This document shows positions 49,101 to 64,000 of a DNA stretch of 64,000 nt, in pieces. A program made the position numbers and the translations under genes. The notes below the pieces were generated by a model. The model saw only the letters and a list, made by a program, of their open reading frames with translations, did not search any database and had not been told where the DNA came from. The stretch covers positions 11,346,001 through 11,410,000 of the forward strand of contig JANJGN010000034.1 of the NCBI GenBank assembly GCA_026770705.1, given 5' to 3'. The stretch's first letter is position 1; each line of letters starts with the position of its first letter. This DNA comes from Isurus oxyrinchus (lineage: Eukaryota).

Positions 49101-52100
49101 AGAGATTGCCACCCGGAACCTAATGCATAGGAGCAGTGTGCTATGCCTAGCTTCGTTTATTTTATTGTGACATCGTACCCTTCCAGGGCAATCTGAAGTA
49201 GACTGGGCACTTTTCAGGACTGAATGTGGCAGCCTAAGGCCCACTACTGAGTTTGTACAATATGCAGCAAAGGATAATTCGTTCAGGGGACATATTGTTC
49301 CACAGGATGACTTTGCTGTGCATGGCACATTGAGTCATTAAAACTGAACTGAGTTCAGTTATGCACCCGTGAAGCCATAAATATTCACACACAGGACAAT
49401 GCCCATTGTTTAACAAAGGAATTTGCCCTGGCATTGCTTCTTTGCAACTAAACAAAACTTATGGAACAGTCATTGGGCAACACATAACCAATCAGCATCG
49501 ACCTGCCTGGATTGATTTTGAACAAAGCTGGACGGTTAGTTTCTTGCTGCATTCACCATAGCAAGACTTCTGGCAATCAGAGTCCACTTGCCAACAAATC
49601 TGAATGATCTTCTCTTACAGTATAAATTGTTGTTTCCCTATTTCAATAGGAACCGCCTTGGGAGCAATCCTGATGCAAGGCTAACGGAAAGCATTGAGAC
49701 CATGTGTCTACTTCCAGAAGTACATTGTATTATAGCTTCCTGCTCGGAAATTAAGGATGCAAGTTGTCCGTAAATTAGGCACCCCTATTACTGAGCAATC
49801 CGATCACTGGTCTATACTGACAAGTTGCTCACGTTTCCATTTACTTGAAAAGTTCGTAAAATGCTAATCTGCCTCTCAATCCCAGTAAGTGAAATTTCAG
49901 ATGTCGAAGTAACTGATGAAACATTTTAAAATGCGTATATTTTGAGGTGTCATGATTGAATTGCTTAATTGAGCCTTTTTCTGTTGTGCTTCTTTGTTCA
50001 ACCTTTAATTCAACTTTTCTCAACATCTCCCAAGTGCACGACTTGAGTTTCCATTTTCCTCCAATGTTTAGATCTTGGGAGATCACTTTGGATTCTGCAG
50101 TCTCTGATACCTAATTTCCCAATTTGCATTGACTCTGCTCAATCAGCTAAAGTGATGATATTTGCAGGGAAACTGTGGTCTAACACACAGTACTGTACAT
50201 TGAATAGTAAAGGCCACCAAGACAGATTCAGTAAATTTCCCTTCAGCCCACCCAGTCTTCAGTGACCACTGTGAGTCACAGTTACTCATTAAAACTCTCT
50301 CCCTCACGAGGCACTTTAGCTCATCACTTTCGAAATCCAACGCCTCTTCTCCTGAGTAGCTTTAGTTCACAGGGTTGAAAATTCTGCAATCCGAACACAA
50401 ATTACTGGCATACTTCCAGCTCTTTTGCAGATGGTTAGTTTCACTAAATTGGCACTGCTGTGCATTACTACAAACTTAGTCTACCAGTTGCACTGAGCTA
50501 TAAATGGTTTCCAAGGTTTCTCTGCGCCCTAGCTGCCTCACACAGAACCAGCAACATTCCACGACCATCTGAGCTCCCAGTTCTTCTCTGAACCTGAAGT
50601 GCCTGGAGTCTGCTTAGTGTTCTGAAGCATCATTTGACTACATCAACTGTTTGAAAGGGGCACTGCAGTTCAGTTCTGATCATGTAAGATGATATGAGAT
50701 TACATGCTGCATGATTTCTGGATAATGAGTGACCAGGCCTCACCATCACCTGAACCGAATGAAGTGAAAAATGATGAGGACCTCAGTTACATGTTTAGAT
50801 TGCAGATGCTCTGCTTGCCCTCCTGGGAGACAAAACATCTGATATCGGTAACATGATAGATAAGCATAAATATCATGAAGTGTATGGACAGAGTTTTTTA
50901 GCGAGAGGCTGTTTCCTTTGATGGAAGCATCGAGAAACACAGGACACTGATTTATAGGGAATGGGGAATGAGGAGACGCTTCTTTCATTAGTGGGTCGTT
51001 ACGATGCAGAATACACTGTCAGAGACTATGATGGAGGCACATTCAATCATGGCTTTAAGAAGGCTTTTGTGCCAAAAATGAAAACATATGGGGAAAGGGC
51101 AGCGTAGTGGCACCACATGCAATTCTGTCACAGAGAGCTGGCACAGATATGGCAGGCTGAATGGTCTCCCTCTATGCTACAAATGTTCAATGATTCACGG
51201 AGGAATTTCAACATGAATCGAAGGAAGAGCAAGTACGGTATTAAGCAACATACCCCCTTACGTTAGTGAGGAAATTGCCTCCATATAACAATGTTCCACC
51301 TCCCCTCCCCCCAGCACCCCATGCAAAACCAAACAACATGTGTTGCAATACAGAGAATCGATCTTCGTTGGTCCGTTTTTTTTTTCAATTCCACCAATAA
51401 CTTATGCCTTTGTTCACAAATCCCAAGCCGTGCAAACTCTGTTTCTAACTGTCTCTGTTGAATAGAAAGCTCTCATTTTACTTGTGCATCTAATGCTTGA
51501 ATGTGGTTAGTCAGAAGGAAGTCCAACTGTTGCAGCCACTTGTACGGCAAAAGTGGCTCTGCAAACAGATATTTTTCACTTCTTATCTCACGATGTCACC
51601 TTTCCGCAGATGGAGTAATAATTTGTCAGAACCTTTCAGAATACTGACATGGTTCTCAGAAATTGGACCTTTCAAAATTACACTCACTGGTCATATAGTT
51701 ATTGAGCGGGGAAGTATTGTTTCATGAGTAGCTGACAGCGGTGCACAATCCAAAGGGAAGACTCATTAGACCATCCTGTTTGACATTTATCCTGCAGCCA
51801 TGAGATTATCGTGATTTCGGGACCATGTTATTTTACTGCGGTGAAATGAATTGCTCTAAAATCAGGCAACGTGAGCAGCAACATTGTTCATTTCCTGGGA
51901 CTTTGCATGTGGATAGAAGCAACACAAAATCATTTGAAGCCAATTTTCAGTCCCTCGTATTTTGTGCAACATTGTCAGGAGTGGCCAATTATCTGACGGG
52001 CAGGAAATGGTGGAGTTTTCTGCTCGTCAGTACTTAAAAGAATAGAACTTGCCTAAGGCGGATGGAGACGGCAAAGCAGCCAGTATGCCATGCAGAGCAA

Positions 52101-55100
52101 TAAAACTAGTGGAGGAAAAGGTGGGAGGTATGGCTCACCATTGTTTGGAAGCTGCTTTCAGAAACGTTGCAATATAATACGTAGAATTTAAGCTCTTAGC
52201 AGCTAAGTTGACCGATCAGGGCCGTGCCAGCTTCCATGGACCGAATGAAAGCCCTCCCACGCTTTTTCACCCAAACCTTATCAACAATTTCCACCATATA
52301 CTTGGCCAGCTTCTACCAAAACTGATCGATGCTACTTGACTCAACATTCCCTGTTGCCAAATCCCACATTCTAAGCATTCTCTAGTTGTACAGCTTTGAC
52401 CTGAATTCCTTCTCTCTTCAGTCACCGTGCCCCAAGAAACGGGTTGGTGACCATGGATTTGAACGAATCACATTGTTTCTCAAAGTGCTGCAGTGGTTTG
52501 CCATTGCCATCTGCAACATGGCTCAACAAGACAGTCTCCTGCTCCGACGGACTGCTGCGTGGCGTGTTGGAAAGGGTTAACAGGATACTAATCAACCCGC
52601 CTGCCCACCGTATGAACACACCATCTATTTCCATCAAGACTTGGAGTGAGATTTGAACCAGGGCCTTCTGGCTCAGAAGCAGGGGCACTTACAAGCATGC
52701 AACAAGACTTCCCCTCAAATTCAAAACTGGGCATATTTGTTTCAAGATTATACTTAGGGCTCCAAAATTTGATTCGTCCTAAAGTGGAAGCATATTCTCC
52801 AGGTTTACTCTTTCAAATGCCTTCAACATTTTAAGGACCTCAGGAAAGTGCCGCGGCCTATTTAGCCTTTCTTGATATTTAACACCTTTCAGTTTCGGTA
52901 TCATGCTAGTAAATTCTGCACATTACAGTCTTAGGATTTAAATTTGTAATTCGATTATTAGGAAAAGTATTGACAGCTACGCAAGTCCAACAATTATCCA
53001 TGTTTCGAATTCTGGCAATTTTTTAAGTTGCTCATATCATCATTCAGAGAAGTACTGAACTGGTCACCTCTTTAAAGTGCAGATGGCATATTGCATCATA
53101 GATTAGAAAGCAGTGACACTGAATGTTCAGACTCAAATCGTTCATTGTTTCAGCCGAACTTGGCAGGTTTAGGGGAAGTTCTCCAACTGCTGACTTATCA
53201 ATGTGAAACTGCAGGGCCAAAGGAAAGACCGAAGACTTGGAGGGAAAGAGCAACCTCTTGTATCTGAGAGCAACATGTTCCTGAGGCAGGGGGCCAGAAC
53301 AAATTCAAACACTTAAACCAAACTTTAGGCACGAGGCACTAGATGATTTATGCTCTGCTTCCCAATCATTATTCATTTTAGTACTTTCAGTATAACACCT
53401 TGTCGAGACAAAATGTGCACTGAAGCAGAGACAGGTTTAGAGTTTGTGAGAGTGGGGCAACGAGACAAAGCGAAAGAAAAAGAGAGAGTCTCACTGTGGT
53501 ATAGATATGGACAGAGTGAGAGATAGGGAGGGAGTGGCAGAGGGACGCACTAAGTGAAAATTGAGGAAAGGTTGCAGGACGGGGGCATGGGGTGGTGGTG
53601 GCAGCAGAGAAGGGGACAGGGAAGGGAGTCAAACTTTTAGGAGAAATTAAATATATTTCTTTATTATACGTAAGTCTCCAGACAGCCATTACTGCTAAAC
53701 ATATTAACAGTTGAACCTTGCCAGGTGAACATTGCACAGCCTTGACAGCCAGGCTCGAGGCAAAGGTTGGCATAAATTAGATTAAGTGCTCCTCTCTCAG
53801 ATAAGGAAGGGGCAAAATGGTGTTGACTAAGATATGGGAAGATGAACAATGGACAAAGAGGGGGCTTTGAGGAAACACAAACAGTCTTGAGTTGCAAGAA
53901 TCAAGGTTCATATATATGTGCCTTAATTCTGATTGGATAGCAAATATATATATACATGCTTTAGAATAATTGGAAAGGAAAATCGCATGTTTATGCACTC
54001 AACAGGATAGTGATAGTATGGAATCAATGTTGGTGGTTATGAATTGGATGTCTTCAAATGAACTCAAATATATTATGATAAGAAAAAGTACAAAAGCAAT
54101 GAAATGTAATTGATCTGGGAACTAGGTCTCCATTCTTAGGCATGATTGCGCCCTCTTGCATATCTTTGAATAATGCTGGTTCAATGAAGCCTGAGTCTCG
54201 TGTGGTCATTGCGGCATCAGAGAGTGCAACATCCCCTCTTCACAAAAAAAGAAACGAGAGAGGCAAATGGACAATTGGATTCATTGAAGTGAAGGATGGG
54301 GATACAGTCCTTGCACACACTAATTATGTGTTAATGTAGAATGGCTCCTGCAGCAACATCAGTCTCCTCCCTTATGTTGTTTCCGTTCTACATTGATTAT
54401 CCTGTACTTGGAAGAGAGAGGCACTATTTAAAGAGGCTCATTGTCATTCATAAGGCCGGAGAAAACGTAGCCAGATCGTGGTTTGCTGGATCTAACAAGA
54501 TTACTGCTGCTGATGCCTTGAGTTTTCTTTAAGGTTTCTTTCAGAGCTTCTAATAGCTATAAATAATCGGGAAACATTTACTCCTTTTTTTTCAATTCAT
54601 CCACGGGGTGTGAAGTTCGCTGACTGGGCTATCACTTTATGCCCATCCCTAATTGCCATTCAGATGGTGCTGGTGAGATGATATTTTGAACCGCTGCACT
54701 CCCTGTGGTGTAGGTACAACCACAGTGCTGTTAGGAAGGGAGTTCCAGGATTTTGACTCAGCGACAGTGAAGGAACAGCCGATATATTTCCAAGTCAGGT
54801 TGTTGAGTGGCTTGGAGGGGAACTTCCAGGTGGTGGTGCTCCCATGTGTCTGCTGCCCTTGTCCTGCTAGATGGTAGTGGTTGTGGATTTGGAAGTTGAT
54901 GTCCAAGGAGCCTTCTGAATTCTTAAAGTGCACCTTGTGCATGGCACACACTTCTGCCACTGTGCGTCGGTGGTGGAGGGAATGAATATTTGTGGATGGG
55001 ATGCCAATCAAGCTGGCTGCTTTTTCCTGGATGGTGTCAAGCTTCTTGAGTCTTGTGGGAGCTGCACTCGTCCAGGCCAATGGGGAGTATTCCACCAGCA

Positions 55101-58100
55101 GGGCATTGATTTTGTGGGAATCAGTGATGCTAATACCATTGAACATCAAGGGCGATGGTTCAATTCTCTGTTTTTGGAAATGTCATTGGCTGGTGTTTGT
55201 GTGGTGTGAATGTTATCGGCTACTCGTCATCCCAAGCCAGGATATTGGCCAGGTCTGGCCGCATTTGGACATGGAGTGCGTCAGCATCTGTGGAATCGTG
55301 AATGGTGCTGGGCATTGTGCAATCATATGCAAATCATTCATATTTTACTATCATGCATGGATTCTATGTCCTGTTTAATAATTCATTACTTCTCTCTGTT
55401 TCCTATGTCAGAATACCAGACGTCAAACTCCATAGCATAAATTCATGAAACATACACCTTTATATCACATAAATACATAGTTCTATACATATTTTAACAA
55501 AAGCATGAAAAATTATGAATGGATATATTCGGCACCTGGAGATAATAATACTTATCCAACATAGGCATGATGGGTCAATAACGATGCATGGTTTAGGGTG
55601 CGGCAGATGCTGATGTTTATCTGTGAGTTGAAGTTTCACAGGATGGAGGATATGAGACAGTAATGGATAGAAAATGAGCTTACACATCAAAATTGGTGTG
55701 GAGTTTGGCACCGGTTACAGCCTTCCAACAATTGCTGGGAAAATGGGGATCTAAAGGCTACAGAGGTTTCCACCTGAAGGTGATCCATTTATCCTGATTC
55801 TCCGCTTCCTGGCCAATGGCCTTAATCTACCTACTGACTGACTAAAGGCAGCTGCATCTCATTCATGGTTTAATGTTCAACAAACAATGTGACATCACAG
55901 AAATAGAGGAGAGTCGTGGTGGTTGGCACAGAGGGAGAGATGGATGTTTAGAGCAAGTAGGTGGAAACAGATCCGATATCAAGGAATTTTGCCTCCGGAA
56001 GATAACAGGTACCTGAGGTAAAGCTGCACAGGAATAATTCAGTGGTTTAATTGAAAGGCAGTAGATGGAGAGAATAGCCATATCTGCAAGTTTGCTGCCT
56101 TGATTTGGATCTCTTCTAGTGTTACTAAGGAATAGCAGTCCCACTGAGTTCGAAACTTAAGAATGATAGTTTTGTTGACTATACTGAAGAATGCAAACTG
56201 GCTGCAGAACCATACACGGTGCTCCATGACCAGGGAAAGACAGCTTGCTCTGCATCCGCCCAGGGCAGCTTCAGTGTTGCAGTCGGGATGCAAGCTGCAG
56301 CAGGGAGAAATAAGTTGGGAGTCGGCTTAAATAGAGAAATGTATGTGATGTGTATCCATGTTCGGCATCTCTAGAGAGGAATGGGAATATCAATATGGGT
56401 GCTAGATTGCAGTTGCGGGTAGGGATTTTGGGGTTTTCTTGTGGGAAGTTATTGCTAACATTAGTGTTGAAAATTAGAACTTCCAAACTCAATAATGTTA
56501 AACTGGCAGCTGGAGTGATCTAGAGAGGCAGGAAAGGAATATGAATAGGTGATGAGACTCACTGATGTGATGAGACAAGGAACGATCGGAGATCTAACAG
56601 GAACTTCAAGGCAAGGAGAAATGCAAAGCATCGGTAATAAAGACAAAATACGACACATGCGTGGAACCTGAAGCAAAAACAAAAAAATGCTGGAAAAACG
56701 CAGCAGGTCTGAAAGCATCTGTGAAGAGAGAGACTGAGTTAACGTTTCGAGTCCATTTGACTCTACTTCAGATCTACTAGCATGGGGAGTGTTTGGTTCC
56801 GTGGAAAAGTGGTTGGAAAAAGCGGTCAGTGAAACCAATGGTCGAAACATTTGTGACCAACATGAACTCCTCGAACTTATAATTAGCATAAAATTTCGAA
56901 GGCTGTTGTTTCCAGCACAATTTGATTCCTAAAATGTCATGAATCAGTCAAATTGTCTCTCAACCATTGGTTTCATGAAGGAATAATTGCGGTTTGCTCT
57001 TCCATGTCAATATTTGTGAAACTCTGAATGCTACTCGATTGCACAATGAATTCACCTGTCCGAACTCTTACATTCCAGAATATTTCTGCCCATCCAACGC
57101 CCCGCTGGGTTCTGTCACATTTCCTCTATTGGAACAAAGGATTCATTTATCAATCACACAATGCTGAGTGCAGTGAGACCCAGCAGACTGACGCAGCAGG
57201 GTTAATATTTGATTAAGTTTGCATTTTGGACGACGAACGATTGCATATTTAAAACAGTAGTGAAAATCTATTTAAATAAAAGAACGTCCATGAATATTCC
57301 GGCTTTCCTTTCATACCCAACAATTAATTCATTTTGCTTCCATTTTTTTTTAGTTTCCAGTTCCTTCTTTCACTCAGTCGGAAGTTGCAACTTCCCTAAA
57401 ATTATTCCTGTATTTTTTGAAGGGGCTAAGAAGGTACTTCATGTTTTACTTCCTCGGGAACTTTCACACAAGCTATTAATCCCTTAAGGAGAGCTGACAG
57501 TTTCATTTCATCTCAAGCTGCATTAAACATAACAACAATGGTTAAAAAACGCTATTTCACTGCATCATTACCATGCTCCAAAATTTGTCTTGCTCCATTT
57601 GCCAATAAATGTGCAGTTCAACAAAGATCCATTTTGTTCTTAGTTACTTCCAAGACGGAATTTGCACAAACGGCAGCTAAAATCCACATGCAAATGAGTT
57701 TGCAGTTTATTCTGAACTCATCTGTTTCATGATTTCCCTATGGTGGAAACACTAAATTCTGAAACAAATTAGACAGGCTTCTCAAAGCCTATTTAGGGAG
57801 CTATGTTCCAGTACCTCAACTTAAATGTCTCAATTAGTGTGGGGTGAGGAGGGGATGTGGGGGTGTGGGGGGAGGGCTGGAGAGGGAGTCGGGGAGGCGT
57901 GGGGTGCAAATGTTGGTTTGAAAGCGTTCAGTTCAGCCCCACAGGCATTAGTTGTCATGGTAACAAGAACTTCAAAATCAATGAATTGATGTAAATATAC
58001 AGATTAAGACATTGGCCACAAACTATGGCGATGGTCTACAATGTGGGAAGATGTGAGGCTGTTTCGAGGGCTCAGGGAATAAAAAAAAATGGCTTACTTT

Positions 58101-59597
58101 ACAAAAGTCGAGTGACATGTGGACAGAGGAAAAGCCATTCAGTCCCGCAGATCTGTTTTACCATTCAATGGGAGCATGGTGCATTTAGTCATAGAGTTTT
58201 ACAGACAGAAAAGAGGCCCTTGGGCCCATCTTGTCCACGCCAGCCATCAAGCTCCTCTATAATCTAATCCCATTTTCCAGCACTTGGCCCGTAGCCTTGT
58301 GTGCTGTGACGTTTGAAGTATTCATCTAAATACTTCTGAAATGTTCATAGAGTTCCTCCCTCTACCAGCCCCTCAGGAAGTGAGTTCCAGGTATCCTCCA
58401 ACCTCTGGTGATTTTGTTCCCTCAAATTCCCTCTAAATCTCCTGCCCCTTACCTTACACCCTTGGCCAATGATTATTGACCCTTCCACTAAGGGCAAAGG
58501 TTTATTCCTGTCTCGCCTATCAGCGTCGAGATAACATGTAACCTTAGGGCACTAGAAGCTCCTGCACGAATGTTGGAAATGATGAAAGTCAAAAAAGAAA
58601 TGAACTCTCCTGAAACCAATTCCACGAATACTGGCCAAGGAAATGAAAGGGGTTTGCTTTGGAATGAAGAGCATATAAGGAGGGTTTATATTAGAGTTTC
58701 AGTTATGTCATGATTTTGTGCCTTATTCAATGGTCACCGCCCATTTGGATGCGAATTCATGGTCCAATCACCTTTCTGATAACATGTCCTGTTCCGCACT
58801 GCCTTCCCTTGTCCTCTCCCACACACCAATACCCAAATGGAATGCTGTCCCCTCCCCTACTCCCATTACCAGTGAACTCCACAGCTCCCATCACCAGACC
58901 CTTCTGCACTGATCTCACCAGTCCCTCTGACACTCATATCACATAGCCTGCACCACACTCCAGCCTTAGATCCACTTCCTCGCCCCTCTCAGAATTCCAT
59001 CCACAAAACTCATCCTCCTTGACTAGTTTGCCCAGTCCTGTCACCCACTCCGATCACTTTTTCACATTTCGAGTCTAATCAACTTACACCTCTCCCACTC
59101 TGATCCCTTTAGGATCTCACAAGAAGGAAGCTAATGGGAGATAGCTGCCAACAAGAAAGAAGCGTGAATTAGAGAGTGGACTTGTAGGCTTGCTTGGTGT
59201 CTCAGCAAGAGGTGTGGAGGTTTGTGTGGTTGAGGATATAGCATATATTGTTAACACACAGCTATATACATATCTCCAAGGTATAGCCCAAGGTATAGCT
59301 GTTTTCATGCTGACTGCTCTCAGACTCTCTACACACTGTATACTATCATGTGATACTCTACATCACAATCTGGGCAGTATTGCTCTCTAGTCCCATATTA
59401 ACTCCTGCATGCCCAACTATACTTATACTAAATTGACTTCGTCAATGTTCATGAGTGACATTGGGTGCACAGCTCTGGGTGGGCGGTTATCAGAATCGGC
59501 AGCCTCCGTGCACTCCTCCTATCCTCCCCATGCGTAAACCGCATTGCTGATTGTGGTGTCTTCGCGCAAGCGCAGAGCGAAACGCCATATCACTTGC

Positions 59598-60405
59598 CAG
59601 GGAAATTCTTTCACTTGTTTGCGCTCTTGTGGGCGCAGTGTAATCTCCACCGTCCCACACTGTCAAGGGCTTCAGTAGGAGTGATCCGTTAGACAGGACC
59701 AAGGCTGTATTCAATTGTACTTTTTTAATTGTGAAGCTGGACGGACCGTTCCACACCAAGAATTTTGTCTTCCCGAAGTACCACGACCAACTCTTCACAC
59801 CATCTGAGGGTTTAACTGAAAGAAAAATGCTGTTTTTCCGAAGGTCCCATTAATCCGATTGTTTCCTGTCAGAGACAGTAAAACCCTGGGGCACAGATGA
59901 GGAAAATAAACCCGCAACGAGAAAGGCGGTCACACTCGGCACATCGTTGGCTTTTCTGTAACGATGTTGATAGTGTAATCTCCACTGTCCGAACCTCTCA
60001 CTGAATTCAGCAGGAGGGATCCGTAAGGGAGGAATAACTCAGCACGTTCATAGCGTTCTATCAGAGCCTGCATGGAGCCACTTCGCGATACTTTTGTCCC
60101 CGAATTGCCATCTCCCATTCCGCACCACAGCTGACGGCTCCACCCGAAAAATCTACAGTGTTTCCTCCCACGGTCGCTTTAATCCGACTGTGTACTGAGG
60201 AGAGAAATCCAAAGTAATAAGAGCGGTCAAACTCCACACAACCTACACTTTTCGAAAGTGATAATAATAACATCCACTGATTTGCCCTGAGAATCTCGTG
60301 CTGTCGTTCTTCTCCAAACCTTAGCAAGAGAGATACGAGAAAGTGATCCTCACCCACAGGTATCAATAAATAAACATGTCCCGCGCTAAGTGTCAGTCTC
60401 CACAT
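59598..60405 (-). pseudogene. Gene B, copy 2: leader (60354-60405) plus two IgV pseudoexons (~59936-60194, 59598-59865)
   Basis: Shares both copy-1 frameshifts and has an extra 8-nt deletion near 60058. Confidence 0.85.
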
Positions 60406-62093
60406 CCCGAGAGAAACGCGCAAGTCCCTATTACACTCGGTGACCGATCCGCTCTCCCGGTGTACAGGGCAGATCAATTTAATCGTTTACTGAAGTAGCA
60501 ATACTGATTGGACCGTGGCTTGTTCATCTGTGCAGAAACTCATTCACAGATGCTGAACATTTATGTGCTGGGCATGGTTGACATCCGAAGAAAATGCATT
60601 TCTATTGGGCCGAGTGCTGGTCACTTGCCTGGCACTTCATTCTACGGAGAGGGAGCTGCTATAATCCAGTAATATATTCGAAATATTGATGCGCGTGGCG
60701 TTTCTTTTAGTGCTCAGTCGCTATTTGTTGTTTTGGCAGAGTAACATTGGAGAGTGGGTGCAGACACGATGGAGCGAATGTCCTCCTTGTGTACCGTTAA
60801 AACTCCGTGATTCTGTGACTGAGATATTCATTCAAGAACAGAAAGTTACGACCTTCCTGACTGATGCACTGAGGAACCTCCGTGAGCTGCTTATATCCCC
60901 TGCGATTACTGCGTTCCTCCAATTCCCATCTCTGGTACATCCCAGATTTTAAGCACTCTACAATGGTGAACCTGCTGCTCTGTTCCCTCAGTCCTAAACT
61001 CTGGGAATCTGCTCCCGAACTTTTCCACCTCTCTACCTCTATGTAATCAAGACCCTCCCTAAAACCTTCCCCTTTGACCAATGTTTTAGACAACTGTCCT
61101 AATGTCTTCTGCTTTTGCCCGGGTTCAAAATTGATTACGTAACAGGACTACGAACTGTTACGACTGGAGCCGATGTAATTTACTGAGCAAACCAATCCCC
61201 AGTGAGAAATTTGTTTGACTGATGATAAACTTTTTAACGATGAAAAAGACGGCTGATCCCAGAAGCACAGAATACCAGTAACACTTCTATTACTTAAAGA
61301 TTTAAAATACTATTAACAACAAGAAAAGAATCCTTAACCACACAAGATTAAAGTTGCAGAGTTAATACAATTTTACAAAACATCCTTCCTCCCACCACCC
61401 CCGCAAAGCACCCGCTTCGTCAGAACACTCAAGTGAACTCCTTGGCAACATCTCCCATATAGATTTAATCTATTAAAATCCTTTGCTATTACCCAATCCA
61501 TGAAATGCTGTCACGTTAGTAAAGAGACAGGACAAGACTTCTCATTCTCTTCCGTTGCTTGGAAATCCAATAAAGTTCAGGAAACAAACTGTTGTCTGAG
61601 ATAAAGACTTTTCTGGTCCCACTGGCTGATTGTTTCTGGTTTCACAGCTTTTCTCAGCAGAGTTGGTCTCAGGGCTTACACCCAACAAACCCTTCCCCAT
61701 ACACATAGCCACGACTACTCATCTAAACATGTTTCCTTAAATATCTGTTTTTTTACCTTTCATCTTAGCTCTCATTGCTCTCAAACGCCTCTTTGAACTC
61801 ATTTTTTTCCAAACTATGAAAATTTTTCATGTTTACCTATTGCCTCTACTTTCGTGTCCAATATAATTGAGTAGTTTACCCTTGTTTGCTTATGAACTCT
61901 TTGTAAACTGTTAAAGTCCCTTTTCACTTCTTTGAAATCCAACAGCTGATAAGTCAAGATGCGATGTATCTCATAATGCAAATTGTAAATCCACTTCACT
62001 AGCGCCCCACATTACAAATGTATGTGTCTAGCGCCATTACACTTCTATCTCTCAACTCCCAAGAAAAATTGCCTATATGAACAACTTAATTAA

Positions 62094-62273
62094 NNNNNNN
62101 NNNNNNNNNNNNNNNNNNNNNNNNNNNNNNNNNNNNNNNNNNNNNNNNNNNNNNNNNNNNNNNNNNNNNNNNNNNNNNNNNNNNNNNNNNNNNNNNNNNN
62201 NNNNNNNNNNNNNNNNNNNNNNNNNNNNNNNNNNNNNNNNNNNNNNNNNNNNNNNNNNNNNNNNNNNNNNNNN
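62094..62273. other. 180-nt N block
   Basis: Run of n with flanks identical to those of 20823-21008. Confidence 1.
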
Positions 62274-64000
62274 TTGACAGGATATCATCATACTCCCTTA
62301 CAATTAAAAACAATCACGTTCATCGTCTTACCTCCCTCAAGGTAAAATATCTGAAACGTTTATTTCAAAAAGACGTTTTCATTTGCTCAACTCACTTCGT
62401 ATTACTTCCTATTCATATCTATACAAAAAATACTGTTACACTAGGGTGCTCATGCATCAACCTTGAATAAATAAACAATTGTTTTGTAAGAATAAAGTTC
62501 ATTCCAATCCATTCACAATTTACCAACATCTAAGCAATTTTGAATGCTAGCTCTTGGCAGCGCAGCTGCAATTAAATTCTCTCGCCCAACCACGAGCATC
62601 ATTTTTAAATTGAACATTTGCAATAACAAATTCCACCAGAACAGTCTGGTGTCTTGGTCTCGAAACTCTTCCAGAAACTACAAAGGATTATAGTTAGCAT
62701 ATAAAACTGTTTCTGAAGTGTTGTTTGCACATACACATTGAAATGATAGAAAGCTAAACCCAAACTTAAAGTCTCCTTTTCTAGAGCTGAGTGTTTCTTC
62801 TGATGCATATTCAAATGTGAGACATGTCCTGCTGGTTTCTCAAGTCCCAGTTCACTTTCCTGTAACGACATAGTGCCAACATCCACATTTCTACATCGCA
62901 CATTTACCTGGATGATACTATGGAATAAATGGTTGAATTATGGAGATAATGTGATCTTCCATTTCATGAGCTTTGGAAGCTGGTGGAAGATCTGAATGAG
63001 AAGTTTAATATTTTAAGCGGACCTAGTTGATACATAGAGAAAAAAAATTGCCTCTGCACGAAGAATCAAGGTTACCAAGACATAGTCTAAATTTTGAAGT
63101 TGCTTCGAGGGGAATGAGCGTTGTTCATATGTTGCTCATCACTAGTGCACCAGAAGCTATTAACGGTCTTCTAATTAAAGCACTGAGTTGAACAACAGAG
63201 CAGAGGTGTGGCTGGAGGCCATAATGTTTCACCGTCATAGGCTGCAGGAGGCTTAGAGGAAAGGGCTCAGTGATCAAAGTAACAAAGTGTGACATCTGAA
63301 AATGATTACGGCATTGGTATTGCTCTGTCAGACAGGAAAACCGGCTTCCAGAAAGAGAGACAGTGATGGATGATGCGAAAATGAATGGTGCTTATCATTA
63401 CTTTCTAGAGTGATCCGAGAGTAATTCGGCAGCTTCGGTGCGGCAATGTGATGCTTGATGTATCCCACTGAGATTTGGTTAAGTATAGCTCAACCAGTTG
63501 TGTGCAGAAACAATAATGGCAATTCCCTGATGAAACAGAGACAGGTGTCATTGCAAGGGGGACAACCCGAATTGGAAACAGCAAAGTTATTCCTGGAAAC
63601 AGTAGATTAAAGCTGTGGATAAGTTATTGGTTGAATACATTGCCAACCGCAGATGTTTCACGATGAATTGAAAGGAAGAGGTAAGCCAGCTGACACATTG
63701 AAAGCGGCTTCGTCAATGAAAAGCAGACAGATTTTTTTCTGTTTCCAGAGGAAATCAATAAGGGAAGTGGGGAGCAATTTGTAAGTGTGTGATGAAGACA
63801 ATCGACGTCGGGAATCCAGTTCATAGGTGGCACTGTATATCAATAGCAGGAATTATGTGAAGGGAGTGGTTTACTGATCTCAGAATGGGACTGACTTCAG
63901 AGGAGGGAAGGCAAACTGAGCTTAGATGCAGACTCAAATCATAAACGCAAGCAATCGCTCATTAGAGATTGGGAAAGATATCTAGTGGTGCATTATGCTG

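Larger units (their letters stand above)
41497..64000 (+). repeat. Copy 2 of the tandem unit (right end runs off the window)
   Basis: Sequence from 41497 matches position 1 onward; 63961-64000 matches 22690-22730. Confidence 0.98.

Overview
Vertebrate genomic DNA; the repeat content (CR1 and L2-group LINEs, tRNA-SINEs, Penelope, Harbinger, Gypsy) resembles that of cartilaginous fish, which is an inference. The window holds about 1.55 copies of a ~41.3-41.5 kb tandem unit: 1-22730 recurs at ~41497-64000 and runs off both edges. The duplicated part carries, on the minus strand, two decayed CEACAM/CD2-like Ig-superfamily paralogues (A and B) with homologous CCAAT promoters. The single-copy middle holds an apparently intact multi-exon gene C (30988 to ~25100). 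Seven phase-compatible GT-AG exons join into one open frame of ~145 aa: leader, short stalk, uncharged TM, and a tail with SAYENI plus a canonical ITAM (EDSTYMGL-x7-YSDL), with no visible Ig exon. This looks like an ectodomain-less ITAM membrane adaptor. Comparing the two copies shows templated template-switch insertions, a probable gene-conversion tract, and N blocks with identical flanks. All models were read by eye; no alignment or database search was run.
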